The position numbers were made by a program, and so were the translations under genes. Positions 21,602 through 32,182 of a stretch of DNA of 64,000 bases are shown here, piece by piece. Every line of letters starts with the position of its first letter. Position 1 is the stretch's first letter. Under the pieces are notes generated by a model. It did not search any database and was not told where the DNA came from. It was given only the letters and a program-made list of their open reading frames with translations. Origin of the DNA: Betaproteobacteria bacterium (GTDB taxonomy: Bacteria > Pseudomonadota > Gammaproteobacteria > Burkholderiales > SG8-39); NCBI GenBank assembly GCA_016177575.1, contig JACOVA010000030.1, positions 6,054 through 70,053 on the forward strand, read 5' to 3'.

Positions 21602-22278
21602 TGAGCCTGCTCGATGCTCTGGCCGCGTTCTCCAAGCGCCGTTCGCGGCGCAACCTCTATCCGTGGCTGCGCGAGACGATCGCGGCGCACCGCCTCGCGC
21701 AGGCCGGCCGCGTGCTCAACGTGGGCGCCGGCGGTGAGATCGCCGAGGAGCTCGCCCGCAGCGGGGTCCGCGCCAGCGCCATCGACGTCGATCCCGAGCG
21801 GCATCCCGACGTGCTCGCCGACGTCGAGACGCTGCAAGGCATCGGCGAGGGCACGGTCGACGCGGTCTTCTGCCTCGAGGTGCTGGAGCACGTGCGCCGG
21901 CCCGATGCGGCGGCGGCCGCGATCCGGCGCGTGCTGCGGCCCGGAGGGCTGCTGGTCGGCTCGACGCCGTTCCTGCTCGGCATCCACGATCAGCCGCACG
22001 ACTACTATCGGTACACGTCGCACGGGCTGCAGCATCTGTTCAGCGCCTTCGAAATGCTCGAGCTCAGGGAGCGCAACGGCTACTTCGCGGCGGCAGCGGT
22101 TCTGGTGACCCGGCGCTTCGCCATCGGCACGACGGCGCAGCGCAGGCTGGCGGCGCTGCTCTCGCCGATCCTGCTGCCGCTCGCGTTCGCGCTCGAGGCC
22201 CTGGACCGGGTCTTTCCCGGCAAGGACGGCACCACCGGCTACGTCTTCGTTTTCCGCAAGCCCGCTGCGGGGGCGTGA
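21601..22278 (+). CDS. Class I SAM-dependent methyltransferase
   Basis: The ATG shares 1 nt with the upstream TGA. Motif I VLNVGAGGE, VDAVFCLEVLEHVRRPD and LRPGGLLV. Confidence 0.75.
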   Translation: MSLLDALAAFSKRRSRRNLYPWLRETIAAHRLAQAGRVLNVGAGGEIAEELARSGVRASAIDVDPERHPDVLADVETLQGIGEGTVDAVFCLEVLEHVRRPDAAAAAIRRVLRPGGLLVGSTPFLLGIHDQPHDYYRYTSHGLQHLFSAFEMLELRERNGYFAAAAVLVTRRFAIGTTAQRRLAALLSPILLPLAFALEALDRVFPGKDGTTGYVFVFRKPAAGA

Positions 22279-23201
22279 GCATGGTCGCGCCAGCCCTCGA
22301 CCGGTTCACCATCATCGTGCGCCATTGCGGGGAGCGGACGACCGAGGCTTGCGCCCAGTTGCTGCAGGCGCTCGCTCCCGGCAACAAGATCCACCGCGTA
22401 TCGGCGCAGCCGTTCCAGGAGGCGCTGCGGCAGTCGCTCGAGCTCGGCATCGCCGAGGGGCGGCCATGGACGCTGTGCATCGACGCCGACGTACTGGTCC
22501 TGCCCGGGCTCGCCGGCTTCCTTGCCGCGGTCGACGGCTTCCCCTCCGGCTTCTTCGAGGCCCAGGCACTCGTGCTCGACAAGCTGCTGCCGGCGCGCCG
22601 ACCCGCCGGCAATCACCTCTACCGCACCGAGCTGATCGCGCGCGCGTTGCCGAGGATTCCGGCCGGCAAATCGCTGCGGCCCGAGAGCGACATGATCCTC
22701 GCCATGGCCGGGATGGGCTACCGCGCGCATCAGTCTGCGCTGCTCGTCGGCCTGCACGATTTCGAGCAGGCATACGACGACATCTACCTGAAAGCGTTCC
22801 TGCACGCGCACAAGCACCGCTTCCTCGCACCGCTGCTGCGCCCGCTCTGGGAGGCGCTGGGCCGCGAGGACGACGATTTTCGGGTTGCGCTAATGGCGCT
22901 GGAGGACGGCCTGCAGCATGGCCCAGGCCCGGAGGTCAGCCGCAGCTTCCGCCGGGAGCGGGTGCAAGGGGCGCTGGCCGTCCTGAGCCTCGCGCCCAAG
23001 AAACCGCTCGCCGCCGTTACTCCGGCGCAGGTTTCCGCCATGCTGCGCACCGCAGCCGCGAAGCCGGGTGGCGGCATGCGGAGCCTGGTGGAGGAGATCC
23101 AGACGAAGATCGATGCGGCAGTATTCCCGTCGCTCGCGGCGCGCGGCGCCGCGCTGCTCGCCGGATTCCTGGCCGGCCTGTCATGGCGCAGGAACCGCTG
23201 A
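22275..23201 (+). CDS. Hypothetical protein, possible GT-A-fold nucleotide-sugar transferase
   Basis: 4-nt overlap with the upstream gene. An N-terminal beta-alpha pattern FTIIVRHCGERT and a DxD-like CIDADVLV. The family assignment is weak. Confidence 0.4.
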   Translation: MSMVAPALDRFTIIVRHCGERTTEACAQLLQALAPGNKIHRVSAQPFQEALRQSLELGIAEGRPWTLCIDADVLVLPGLAGFLAAVDGFPSGFFEAQALVLDKLLPARRPAGNHLYRTELIARALPRIPAGKSLRPESDMILAMAGMGYRAHQSALLVGLHDFEQAYDDIYLKAFLHAHKHRFLAPLLRPLWEALGREDDDFRVALMALEDGLQHGPGPEVSRSFRRERVQGALAVLSLAPKKPLAAVTPAQVSAMLRTAAAKPGGGMRSLVEEIQTKIDAAVFPSLAARGAALLAGFLAGLSWRRNR

Positions 23202-24370
23202 TCGTCTTTGTCGGCCACGACGGCGGCCGCACGGGCGCGCCCCTGTCGCTGCTCCGGCTCGTGGAGTGGTTTGCCTCGCACGCGCCGTGTCCAATCGAGG
23301 TGATCCTGAGGAACGGCGGACCGCTCGAAGCTGACTATCGCAAGCATGCGCCGGTGCACGTCTGGAACGAGCCCTACCCGAACCCGCTGGATGCACGCCG
23401 GCTCCTCAACAGGGCACTGCGGCGGCTCGGCCACGTCGACGAAGCGCTGCTGTCGCGGCGCCAGCGCGCGATCGTCCGCGGGCTTGCGCAGCGGCGCGTG
23501 GGTGCGGTCTTCGGCAACACCGGTCTCGCCGGACACATCCTCGGTACGCTCAAGTCCGCGCTCGGCGTGCCGGTGGTGACTCGAATTCCCGAGCTCGAAG
23601 CGTACATGCGCAGGAACAACCTGGACGGCAGCGCCGGCCGGGCGCTCGCGCTGTCGGATCATTTCGTGGCGGTGTCGCAGGCGGTCAGGGAAAACCTCGT
23701 ACGTCGCCACGGCGTGGCCGCCGAGCGCATCACGGTGATCCATGGTGCCTGCGCCGTCCCGCGCCTCGCGCGCGGTGTCGGTGGGCTGCGCGACAAGCTC
23801 GGCATTCCGGGCGATGCATTCGTCGTCGGTGGCTGCGGGACGATGGACTGGCGCAAAGGCATCGACCTCTTCATCCAAGTGGCGAACCGGGTCGCCAAGA
23901 GCCGGGATTGCGCCGGCATCTACTTCTGCTGGATCGGCAGCTGCGTGTCGGAGTCGAGCTGCCTCGAGCTGCACTACGAGATCGAGCTGCATGGCCTGCG
24001 CGAGCGCCTGTTCTTCCTTGGCGAAGTGCCGGACGCCGCGCCGTACCTCGCCGACCTGGACCTGTTCCTGCTGACCTCGCGCGAGGACCCGTTTTCGCTC
24101 GCCATGATCGAAGCCGCGCGCCAGGGCGTGCCGGTGGTGCGCTTCGAAGGCAGCGGCGGGGCGACCGAGTTCGTCGACAATACGGTCGGCGTCGCAGTTC
24201 CGATGCTGGATGTGGGCGCCATGGCGCGAGCGGTGAGGGACCTGAAGGCAAGCCCCGGGCGCCGCGCCGCGCTTGCAGAAGGCGCCTACCGGATGTCTCT
24301 TCGCTACACGCCCGAGCGCATGGGCGAGGCGACTTACGCCGTCCTCAAGTCCGTGATGAAGAGCGGCTGA
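23183..24370 (+). CDS. Glycosyltransferase, GT-B fold (GT4-like)
   Basis: Start MAQEPLIVFVGHDGGRTGAPLSLL. The C-terminal motif LLTSREDPFSLAMIEAARQGVPVV is an EX7E-type motif. Confidence 0.8.
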   Translation: MAQEPLIVFVGHDGGRTGAPLSLLRLVEWFASHAPCPIEVILRNGGPLEADYRKHAPVHVWNEPYPNPLDARRLLNRALRRLGHVDEALLSRRQRAIVRGLAQRRVGAVFGNTGLAGHILGTLKSALGVPVVTRIPELEAYMRRNNLDGSAGRALALSDHFVAVSQAVRENLVRRHGVAAERITVIHGACAVPRLARGVGGLRDKLGIPGDAFVVGGCGTMDWRKGIDLFIQVANRVAKSRDCAGIYFCWIGSCVSESSCLELHYEIELHGLRERLFFLGEVPDAAPYLADLDLFLLTSREDPFSLAMIEAARQGVPVVRFEGSGGATEFVDNTVGVAVPMLDVGAMARAVRDLKASPGRRAALAEGAYRMSLRYTPERMGEATYAVLKSVMKSG

Positions 24371-24380
24371 CCCGCCGCGG

Positions 24381-25688
24381 TCAGTCCGCGAGGCCGAGCA
24401 GCCGCGCCATTGGCAGCACCGCGCGCCGCAATCTTGGCCGAGACTCGACCTTGCGCCGCAGGTTCGCCAATGCCCAGGCTAGGCGCGGCGGCGGAACGCT
24501 CTCGTCACGGCACTTCGCCAGGTCCTGCAGGAGCTGCTCGAGCGGCGCACCGGCGAGCCGCTGCTCCTCCGCTGGCGCCAGTTCCGGCAGCCGCATCCCG
24601 AATCGACCCCAGAGCCGCGCGTCGCGCACAGCATCCGCCCGCGCCTCGCGGGTCGCCTCCAGCCAGGCCGTGCCGTATTCGCGGTCGGGCTCCAGGTGGC
24701 ACCCCTCGGCCCATTCGTTCCAGGCGTTGATGAAGACCATCGGCTCGGCGAGGCGCGCGTCGTCGCTCGCTGCGCGTATGGCCTCCGCCAGCCAGGCGCG
24801 GTAGCGAAGCGGCGTGCCGCCGTGATAGACGTGCGCGCGCGCACCCTTGCGCGCGGTGTTATCCCAGCTCGGCATGACGCCCGGATAGTTCGGCAGCGGC
24901 CCGCGCGACAGGGGGTAGCGATACAAAGCATCGCGCACGAGGTCGCGATAGTCGAAGATGCGCCCCCCGAATTCGCTGTCCCGGGCGCGCATGCCGCGCG
25001 TCAGCTCGGCGGCGATGAGGCCGTGCGGCGGGAAATCCACCATGGCGTCGAATCCGGATGCTCCGTGCGGCGGCATGTCGAAACGACGCACCAGGCAGAG
25101 CTGAATCTCGCCGATCCCGGCGCGGCGGCATTCCTCGCGCCAGCGCTGCACGGTGGCGCGCGAGTCGGGCAGGCGGTCGGTCCGGTAGACGATCAGCAGC
25201 GGCTTGCCGTCCACCTGGATGTAGCGCGGGTCGCGGAAATGCCTGATCAGATCCCGGATCATCGCGATGTCGTCCTCGGGCGAATGGTGCTGGGCGATCA
25301 GGATCTCGTCGTCCTTGCCGTCCCAGCGCCGCGTCCAGCTCTCGTTCGCCCAGCAAAGGCAGAACGGCAGGTGCGGCGAGCCGCCCGCGAGCATTGCCTC
25401 GACCGGCCCCTCGAGCAGCCGCTTGCCGCCGAACCAGTAGTAGTAGTAGCAGAAGCCGTCGATCCCGAAGCGCCGGGCGAGCGCTTCCTGCGCGGCGCGC
25501 GCCGCCTCGTCGCGCAGGTCGTAGAAGCCGAGCTCGCCCGGCAGCTGCGGCTGCCGATGCCGCGCATAGAGCGGTCGCCCGCGCAGCGCGTTGGTCCACT
25601 CGGTGAATCCCTCGCCCCACCAGGCGTCGTTCTCCGGAATCGCGTGGAACTGGGTGAGGTGGAAGGCGATGAGCTTGACGGATTTCAC
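24381..25688 (-). CDS. WbsX-family glycan-processing protein (GH99-like fold family)
   Basis: GTG start at 25688. The sequence KLIAFHLTQFHAIPENDAWWGEGFTEWTN...FCYYYYWFGGKRLLE is characteristic of the WbsX family. Confidence 0.75.
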   Translation of the reverse strand: MKSVKLIAFHLTQFHAIPENDAWWGEGFTEWTNALRGRPLYARHRQPQLPGELGFYDLRDEAARAAQEALARRFGIDGFCYYYYWFGGKRLLEGPVEAMLAGGSPHLPFCLCWANESWTRRWDGKDDEILIAQHHSPEDDIAMIRDLIRHFRDPRYIQVDGKPLLIVYRTDRLPDSRATVQRWREECRRAGIGEIQLCLVRRFDMPPHGASGFDAMVDFPPHGLIAAELTRGMRARDSEFGGRIFDYRDLVRDALYRYPLSRGPLPNYPGVMPSWDNTARKGARAHVYHGGTPLRYRAWLAEAIRAASDDARLAEPMVFINAWNEWAEGCHLEPDREYGTAWLEATREARADAVRDARLWGRFGMRLPELAPAEEQRLAGAPLEQLLQDLAKCRDESVPPPRLAWALANLRRKVESRPRLRRAVLPMARLLGLAD

Positions 25689-26770
25689 GCGCCGGCCGGC
25701 TCCTCGCGCTCGGGCCTGAATGCGACGCAGGTGAGGAATTCGCGCTCGTCGGGCCGCAACGCCTCGCAGAGCTCCGCGACGTGAACACCGAGCGCGAAAG
25801 ACAGCAGCTTGCGACGCATGCCCCGGGCGCTCCGGCCGGACGCGCGAGCGATCATTCGACTCTGCTCCCACATGAAGACCGTGACGCCGGGGTGCGCGCG
25901 AAACTCGATGCCCGAAAATCCCGTGCCGGCGAGCGCTGCGGTCAGCGAGGCCCGGTCGAACAATACCAGGTGCCGCGGCGGCTCGAGTCCGCGCCACGCA
26001 GGGCCGAACACGTCGTGGCCGAAGCTGCGCAAATTCGGCGTCTGCAGCCACAGCCGGCCGCCCGGCGCGAGCAGCTCGAAGCATTGCCTGAGGAGCTTCA
26101 GCGGCTCATGCACGTGCTCGATCACGTGGCTGAGGGTGAGGTGCCGGTAGCGGCCCGCGCCGAAGGGCAGCTCGTCCAGGCTCCCATGGCTCACCCGGCA
26201 CCCTGCCGCGTGCGCCGCGGCGACGGCCGCCGCGTCGTTGTCGATGCCCTCGGCTGTCCACCCCAGGTGCGCCGCGAACTGCAGGAACGCGCCGTTGCCG
26301 CAGCCGACGTCGAGCAGCAGCCGGTTGTCGCCCGTCGCCGGACCGAGATGGCGCGCATAGCTCACGTCGAGATAGGCGCGGCGCCTCGGAAACAGCCTGG
26401 CGATATGCTGCCCGCCCGGAAAGGCATTCGGGTACGACATTCCGTATCGGGCGTTGAGGTACGCCTCGGCGACGCGGCGCCTCAGGCGAGCGAAATCCGA
26501 CTCGGTCGGACCGCCTTCGTTGCCGTGCGTGTAGTAGCGCTCGTAGGCACGAGCGATCGTCGCCGCATCCGGGCGCGGGTCGAGGTAGGCGCAGCCGCAA
26601 TCCTCGCAGCGCTGCAGCACCCATTCCCCCGGCGCGGTCCTGAAGGCGTGGTCGCGCAGCCCGGCATGAAGGATCGAGCGCTTGCCGCCGCCGCACAGAG
26701 GGCACGCCGGCACCCGCTCGAGCCCGTGCGTGGGCCACTCGCCGAAATCGCTTCGCTGGAAAGAAGTCAT
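25685..26770 (-). CDS. SAM-dependent methyltransferase with an N-terminal Cys4 zinc ribbon
   Basis: CPLCGG...CEDCGCAY zinc ribbon, motif I LLDVGCGNGAF, and LTLSHVIEHVHEP. Its stop overlaps the downstream GTG (GTGA). Confidence 0.8.
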   Translation of the reverse strand: MTSFQRSDFGEWPTHGLERVPACPLCGGGKRSILHAGLRDHAFRTAPGEWVLQRCEDCGCAYLDPRPDAATIARAYERYYTHGNEGGPTESDFARLRRRVAEAYLNARYGMSYPNAFPGGQHIARLFPRRRAYLDVSYARHLGPATGDNRLLLDVGCGNGAFLQFAAHLGWTAEGIDNDAAAVAAAHAAGCRVSHGSLDELPFGAGRYRHLTLSHVIEHVHEPLKLLRQCFELLAPGGRLWLQTPNLRSFGHDVFGPAWRGLEPPRHLVLFDRASLTAALAGTGFSGIEFRAHPGVTVFMWEQSRMIARASGRSARGMRRKLLSFALGVHVAELCEALRPDEREFLTCVAFRPEREEPAGA

Positions 26771-26805
26771 CCCAGGGAAAAACCTCCGAGTCGGTATGAT
26801 GAGCC

Positions 26806-28503
26806 ATGCAGAACGTCCTGCAAACCGCCGCGGGCCGCGTGCTGCTCTGGAGCTTCGCGGGCGCGGCGCTGGCGCAGGCGCTCATCTGGCGCGCGGGTGC
26901 AGGCAACCCGGACGGCTTCAGCCCGATCTTCGCGCTTATGCTGGCGGCCTACGACGGGCACGGCAACCTGCTGCTGCTCGTGCTGGCGCTCTGCGCCTAT
27001 CTCCTGCGCAGCCGGCCGGGCGCGCTCGCGGCGATCAGGCTGGCTGCCGACAGGCCGTGGCTCACGGCCGCGGCCGCCTTCCCGCTGCTGTGCGCGGGTT
27101 CGCTCTTCGTCTATCACGCCTATCCGCTGTCGATGGACGAGTATCTCGCCGTGTTCCAGGCCGAAGCCTTCGCGGCGGGAAGGCGCGCGGGCACATTCCC
27201 TCCGGAACTGCTCGACCTCCTGATTCCGCGCGTGTTCCAGAATTACTTCTTCACCGTCGCGCGCGCCACCGGCGAGGTGTCGGCGAGCTATTGGCCCGGC
27301 TTCGCGCTGCTGCTTGCGCCGTTCGCCGCGCTCGGCATCCCCTGGGCGGCGAATCCCGCGATCGGCGCGCTCACCCTGCCCGCGCTGCATCGGCTGACGC
27401 TGCAGGTCAGCGGATCGCGCGAAGCCGCGGGCTGGGCGCTGGCGATCGCGCTCGCCTCGCCCGCCTTCGTCGTGACGTCGATCTCGTACTACTCGATGCC
27501 TGCGCACCTGCTGAGTAACCTGCTGTATGCGCTGTTGCTGCTCCAGCCGACGGTCCCGCGCGCCCTGCTCGCCGGCCTGATCGGGTCGCTCGCGCTCACC
27601 CTGCACAATCCGGTGCCGCATCTGCTCTTCGCCGCCGCATTCTTCGTCTGGCTGTGTACGCGGCGCGGCGCCGCCTCGCTCCTTGCCGCCCTGGTCGCGG
27701 GCTACCTGCCGCTTGCCCTGCTGCTGGGCGTGGGCTGGCACGGGCACCTGCCCGAGCTCGCACGCGCGGCGGGCCAGGCCGCGGGCCCGGCGGCGGCCGC
27801 GGCAGTGCAGCCGGCCCTGCCGGAGGTGATCGCGACCCATTTGCGCAGCGTGCTCTCGCTTCCGGACGCGCGCGTAGTGCTGGCGCGGCTTTCCGGGCTC
27901 GCCAAGCTCTGGACCTGGGGCGCGGCCTGCCTGCTGGTGCTCGCGGCCCTCGGCTTCTGGGCAGCGCGCCGGCGCACGGGCGTGCGGCTGCTTGCCGCCG
28001 CGCTCGCAACGATGTTTCTCGGCTACTTCCTGGTGCCGTTCGATCAAGGTCACGGCTGGGGCTACCGCTATCTCCACCCGGCCTGGTTCGTCCTGCCGCT
28101 GCTCGCGGCGCTCGCGCTCGCGGGCAGCGATGCGCGCAGGGAGGATGACTTGCGCCGCATGGCCGCCTGGGCCGTCGTTCTCTCGGTGATCCTGGCGACC
28201 GGGCTGCGGCTGATCCAGGTCGATACCTTCATCTCGCGCCAGCGCGCGCAGGTGCCGCCGCTCGCCACGACCGCGGGCGCGGATCGTCCACAGGTAGTGT
28301 TCGTCAACATCCGCACCGGCTTCTACACGCGCGACATGGTCCAGAACGATCCGTTCCTGCGCGGTCCGCGCGTTACCATGGTGTACGAGGGCGCCGAGCC
28401 CACCGCCGCGCTGATGGCCGCGCGCTTTCCGGCGTATCGCAAGAGCGCGCAGGGGGAGTGGGGGGAGCTGTGGACGGCGGCGCGCCGGAATCCTACGAAC
28501 TGA
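26806..28503 (+). CDS. Polytopic membrane protein, GT-C-like putative glycosyltransferase
   Basis: 565 aa with more than 10 hydrophobic segments and a C-terminal soluble domain. An acidic motif LSMDEY follows the early helices, as in GT-C enzymes. Family not confirmed. Confidence 0.5.
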   Translation: MQNVLQTAAGRVLLWSFAGAALAQALIWRAGAGNPDGFSPIFALMLAAYDGHGNLLLLVLALCAYLLRSRPGALAAIRLAADRPWLTAAAAFPLLCAGSLFVYHAYPLSMDEYLAVFQAEAFAAGRRAGTFPPELLDLLIPRVFQNYFFTVARATGEVSASYWPGFALLLAPFAALGIPWAANPAIGALTLPALHRLTLQVSGSREAAGWALAIALASPAFVVTSISYYSMPAHLLSNLLYALLLLQPTVPRALLAGLIGSLALTLHNPVPHLLFAAAFFVWLCTRRGAASLLAALVAGYLPLALLLGVGWHGHLPELARAAGQAAGPAAAAAVQPALPEVIATHLRSVLSLPDARVVLARLSGLAKLWTWGAACLLVLAALGFWAARRRTGVRLLAAALATMFLGYFLVPFDQGHGWGYRYLHPAWFVLPLLAALALAGSDARREDDLRRMAAWAVVLSVILATGLRLIQVDTFISRQRAQVPPLATTAGADRPQVVFVNIRTGFYTRDMVQNDPFLRGPRVTMVYEGAEPTAALMAARFPAYRKSAQGEWGELWTAARRNPTN

Positions 28504-29542
28504 CGATCCCGGCGCCGGGCTTGCGCTTCCCGAGGCCGCGCTCGCGCGCTAGAACTCCGAATTGTCCCCAGTCGTACGCCCAACTGAGGCCGGCGAGCAG
28601 CCGGAAGTCCCCCACTCGGCGCAGCTTCGCCGCGAGCCGCCTGCGCTCGCGGATCTGTTGCCGATGCGCAATCGCCCAGCCGTAAGAGCGCCATTTCGCG
28701 CCGCGGAATCCGTGGCGTCGCATGATGGCGTAACCCCAGGCGAGCAGCTCCGTGAAAATCAGCACCGGCAGCAGCGCCAGCAGCGTGCCGGGCCTGAGAT
28801 AAGCCATGAGCATGGCGATGCGATTCCTCTCGAGAAGGTGGAACTTGTCGGCGTGCATCGAAAGGAAATAATCGTGACGTACGCGCGAGGCCGGCACGCA
28901 ACACAGCTCGTATCCGGCGAGTCGCAGCAACCACGAGCTGTTCACGTCTTCGTGATAGAGGAAGCCGGTCGCGTCGAAGCCGCCGACCCGTTCGTAGGTC
29001 GAGCGTTTCATGGCGAAGAACGCGCCGTGGATTCCGTCCACCGCGAACATTCGATTGCCGAATTTTCCGGCTGGCTCGCCCAGGCCGTGGTTGAAGCCGA
29101 GGCCCGTAACGTGGATCCTTTGCCCTGCGGCGTTGACCGACAGGCCATCCATCAGCAGCAGCAGGGGGTTGACGGCCGCGACCTGTGGATTCTCCCGCAG
29201 CGCGCTCGCCAGCGGTTCGAGCCATCCAGGCTCCGGGACAGTGTCCATATTGGCGAAGACCAGGAGCCCGCCGCTCGACGCGTCGGCCCCCTGATTCAAG
29301 CCCGCCGCGTAGCCGACGTTGACGGCGTTGCGAATGACGCGAATCCGGGAGGCGAGCGGAGACGGAATCTCAGCGCTGCCGTCGCTCGACGCGTTGTCAA
29401 CCACGACGATCTCGGCCTCGGCGGCAGTCGCGAGCATGGCTTGCAGGCATCTGCGCAGCTTCTCGCCGCCGTTGAAGTTGACGACGATGATCGAAACCCC
29501 GCCGCGCGTTGCAGCTGGCAGCGCGCTGGCCGGGCTTAGCAC
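28493..29542 (-). CDS. Glycosyltransferase family 2
   Basis: VSIIVVNFNGGEKLRRCL...VVVDNASSDGS and the DxD region FANMDTV. Confidence 0.85.
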   Translation of the reverse strand: MLSPASALPAATRGGVSIIVVNFNGGEKLRRCLQAMLATAAEAEIVVVDNASSDGSAEIPSPLASRIRVIRNAVNVGYAAGLNQGADASSGGLLVFANMDTVPEPGWLEPLASALRENPQVAAVNPLLLLMDGLSVNAAGQRIHVTGLGFNHGLGEPAGKFGNRMFAVDGIHGAFFAMKRSTYERVGGFDATGFLYHEDVNSSWLLRLAGYELCCVPASRVRHDYFLSMHADKFHLLERNRIAMLMAYLRPGTLLALLPVLIFTELLAWGYAIMRRHGFRGAKWRSYGWAIAHRQQIRERRRLAAKLRRVGDFRLLAGLSWAYDWGQFGVLARERGLGKRKPGAGIVSS

Positions 29543-30540
29543 AGCGGCCCGTCCTTGATCTCTCTGCTGCGCCGGATTTGATCCGCTATCGTCTGGAGGT
29601 TCGCGTCGAGCTCGCGGAAGCGCTGAGCGATGACATGCAGGATGACGCCCATCACGATGCTGATGAAACCCGCCAGGACCGTGCCGACGGCGAGGATCGC
29701 CGAGGGAATCCTGAGTATGAGCCCGGTGCGGAAGAAATCGGCGATCACGATTCCGCCAGGGATCAGCCCCAGCCCGATCAGGACGAGGCCGATGCCGCCG
29801 AAGAACGCAAGCGGCTTGTAGTCCCGGAACAGCGCGAACATGCTCTTGAGGATCGTGAAGCCGTCGCGGATGATCCGGATCTTCGATGAGCTGCCCGCCC
29901 TGCGGTTTCGCAGGTCGACGGGAATTTCCGTGACACGGAATCGTCGCGTGAGCGCACGGATCGTCATTTCGGCCTCGGTTTCGAAGCCGCCGCCGAACAG
30001 CGGAGTGCCGAGGACGAATCTCCGGCTGAACGCGCGGTAGCCCGACAGCAGGTCGCTGATTCGGATCCCGAACATGCTGCGCAGGAAGAAAAGGTACATG
30101 CGATTCCCGAGCCGGTTGAGCGCGCGGAACTCGCTCTTCGAGGCCTCCTGCAGACGCGAGCCGATCACCATGTCGGCTTCACCGGCGCGGATCGGCGCGA
30201 TCAGCCGATGAACCGCTTCCGCCGGATACGTGTCGTCGCCATCGACCATCACGTAGACGTCGGAATCGACCTGCCGGAACATCGCCTGAACGACATTTCC
30301 CTTGCCCAGTCTCGGCTCCTGGATCACGGTCGCACCGGCCTCGCGCGCAACGGCGGCGGTCTCGTCCGCCGAGTTGTTGTCGAACACGTAAATGCGCGCA
30401 GCAGGCAGCTCCAGCCGGAACGCCTCGATGACGCGTTTGATCGTGGACGCTTCGTTGTGGCACGGAACGAGAACTGCGACTCGCACCTCGGCAGGCCGAT
30501 CGCCTGCCGGCTCCAGAGATCTCGAAGCGGACGTGATCAT
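29536..30540 (-). CDS. GT2 polyprenyl-phosphate glycosyltransferase-type enzyme (ArnC/GtrB/Dpm1-like architecture)
   Basis: I chose the start at ATG 30540 (MITSAS). VLVPCHNEASTIKRVIE, VFDNNSADET, DGDDTYP, and two C-terminal TM helices (PLAFFGGIGLVLIGLGLI, SAILAVGTVLAGFISIVMGVIL). Confidence 0.8.
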   Translation of the reverse strand: MITSASRSLEPAGDRPAEVRVAVLVPCHNEASTIKRVIEAFRLELPAARIYVFDNNSADETAAVAREAGATVIQEPRLGKGNVVQAMFRQVDSDVYVMVDGDDTYPAEAVHRLIAPIRAGEADMVIGSRLQEASKSEFRALNRLGNRMYLFFLRSMFGIRISDLLSGYRAFSRRFVLGTPLFGGGFETEAEMTIRALTRRFRVTEIPVDLRNRRAGSSSKIRIIRDGFTILKSMFALFRDYKPLAFFGGIGLVLIGLGLIPGGIVIADFFRTGLILRIPSAILAVGTVLAGFISIVMGVILHVIAQRFRELDANLQTIADQIRRSREIKDGPLC

Positions 30541-30592
30541 CGCAATGCATTGTAGAACCAAACCTCGGGATCGCGCCGCGGCCGCCCGTGCG

Positions 30593-32182
30593 CTAGCGGC
30601 TCTCCTCGAGGTAGTCGTCATCGATGTTGACGGCCCAGATCGCCGACTTGTCCGGGCTGCGCGCGAGGATCGCCTCGACCGCCTTCTTCGCGGATAGCAT
30701 CGAGTGGTCCTGGTTGTTGTAGCGGTGCATGCCGTTGCGGCCGACCAGGTACAGGTTGGCGTGGCCGTCCAGCCAGGCGCGCAGCTCGTCGAAGCGCGCA
30801 TAGCTGCCGAAATAGGCCGGGTAGGCTTTCGGCATGCGGATCACCACGCTATCGAGGCGCTCGGCGGGGTCGGCCAGCTTCAGCTGCTGCATCTCGCGCA
30901 TCGCGAGCTCCTTCATCTCGGCGTCCGGCGTATTCCACAGCGCGTCGCCTTCGCTGCAGAAATACTCCAGGCCGATCCAGATCGTGTCCGGATCGCGCAC
31001 CAGGTAGGGGCTCCAGTTGTTGAAGATCTGCAGCCGCCCGACCTTGACGCCGGGCTCCTGGACGTAGATCCAGTTGTCGGGCACCAGGTTGAGCGGCCCG
31101 CGCGCCGAGGGGTTGCGCATCAGGCGCCGGTAAAGCAGCCCGACGATGACGAAGTCCCGGTATTGCAGGCCGGCGGCGATCTCGCGCACCGGCTGCGGCG
31201 CCGGCGGCTCCATGCCGAGCACCAGGTCGCGCACCGGCATCGAGGAGATGAAGAAATCCGCCTCGTAACGCCGATCCACGCCGTCGCGTTCCGAGGCGTG
31301 GACCGCGGCGACGCGACCCGCGCCCCAGTCGATGCGCTTGACCCGCGATTCATTGATCAGGCGCACTCCCATCTCGCCGAGCCGCCCCGCGGTCACCTCC
31401 CACATCTGCCCGGGCCCGAGCTTGGGGTAGAGAAAGCGCTCGATGAGCGAGGTCTGCGCCGCGCCGCCGAGCCCGCTGCCACGGCGGAACGGCTTGCGCA
31501 GAGCATGCAGCAGCGCCTTGCCGATCGACAGGCTCTTGACGCGCTGCGCGCCCCATTCGGCGCTGATGCGGTCGCACGACGTGCCCCAGACCTTCTCGGT
31601 GTATTCCTTGAAGAACCGCAGATACAGGCGCCGGCCGAAGCGGTTGATGAAGAAATCCTCGAGGCTGCGCTCCGGCCGGCGCGGAAAGAGCTTGGACCAT
31701 GCGTAGCTCGCGCCGAACGCCACGCAGCGCGCCAGGCCCAGCTTGAGCGCGGTCTCGAAATTGGCCTTCAAGGGGTAGTCGAAGAACTTGCCGTCGAAAT
31801 AGATACGCGACAGGCGGTTGCGCACCAGCATGACGTCGCGCTCGGACTCGCTCGCAGTCGCGCCCTGGTACAGCTCGCGCCACTTGCCCTGATAGTCGAT
31901 GCGCAGCGCGCCCTCGCCCGCGTCCCGCGCCCGCGGGGCGGCGAGCGGCAGCATGCGCAGCCACCAGTCCATCACCCAGTCCGACTTGGAGAAGAAGCGG
32001 TGGCCGCCGATGTCGATGCGGTTGCCGTTGAACTCGACCGATTGCGCGAGCCCGCCGACGCTGCGCGTCGCCTCGAGCACGACGATGTCCTTCACGCCGG
32101 CCTGCGCAAGCTCGTACGCCGCGGTCAGCCCGGCCGGACCGGCGCCGACGATGATCACCCGCGCGCGCACGATTTCGCTCAT
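30593..32182 (-). CDS. FAD/NAD(P)-dependent oxidoreductase (amine-oxidase/UDP-galactopyranose-mutase-like superfamily)
   Basis: N-terminal dinucleotide fold [21 protein letters not shown]...[11 protein letters not shown] and GGHRFFSK. It lies in an operon with GtrA and GT2. Confidence 0.8.
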   Translation of the reverse strand: MSEIVRARVIIVGAGPAGLTAAYELAQAGVKDIVVLEATRSVGGLAQSVEFNGNRIDIGGHRFFSKSDWVMDWWLRMLPLAAPRARDAGEGALRIDYQGKWRELYQGATASESERDVMLVRNRLSRIYFDGKFFDYPLKANFETALKLGLARCVAFGASYAWSKLFPRRPERSLEDFFINRFGRRLYLRFFKEYTEKVWGTSCDRISAEWGAQRVKSLSIGKALLHALRKPFRRGSGLGGAAQTSLIERFLYPKLGPGQMWEVTAGRLGEMGVRLINESRVKRIDWGAGRVAAVHASERDGVDRRYEADFFISSMPVRDLVLGMEPPAPQPVREIAAGLQYRDFVIVGLLYRRLMRNPSARGPLNLVPDNWIYVQEPGVKVGRLQIFNNWSPYLVRDPDTIWIGLEYFCSEGDALWNTPDAEMKELAMREMQQLKLADPAERLDSVVIRMPKAYPAYFGSYARFDELRAWLDGHANLYLVGRNGMHRYNNQDHSMLSAKKAVEAILARSPDKSAIWAVNIDDDYLEESR

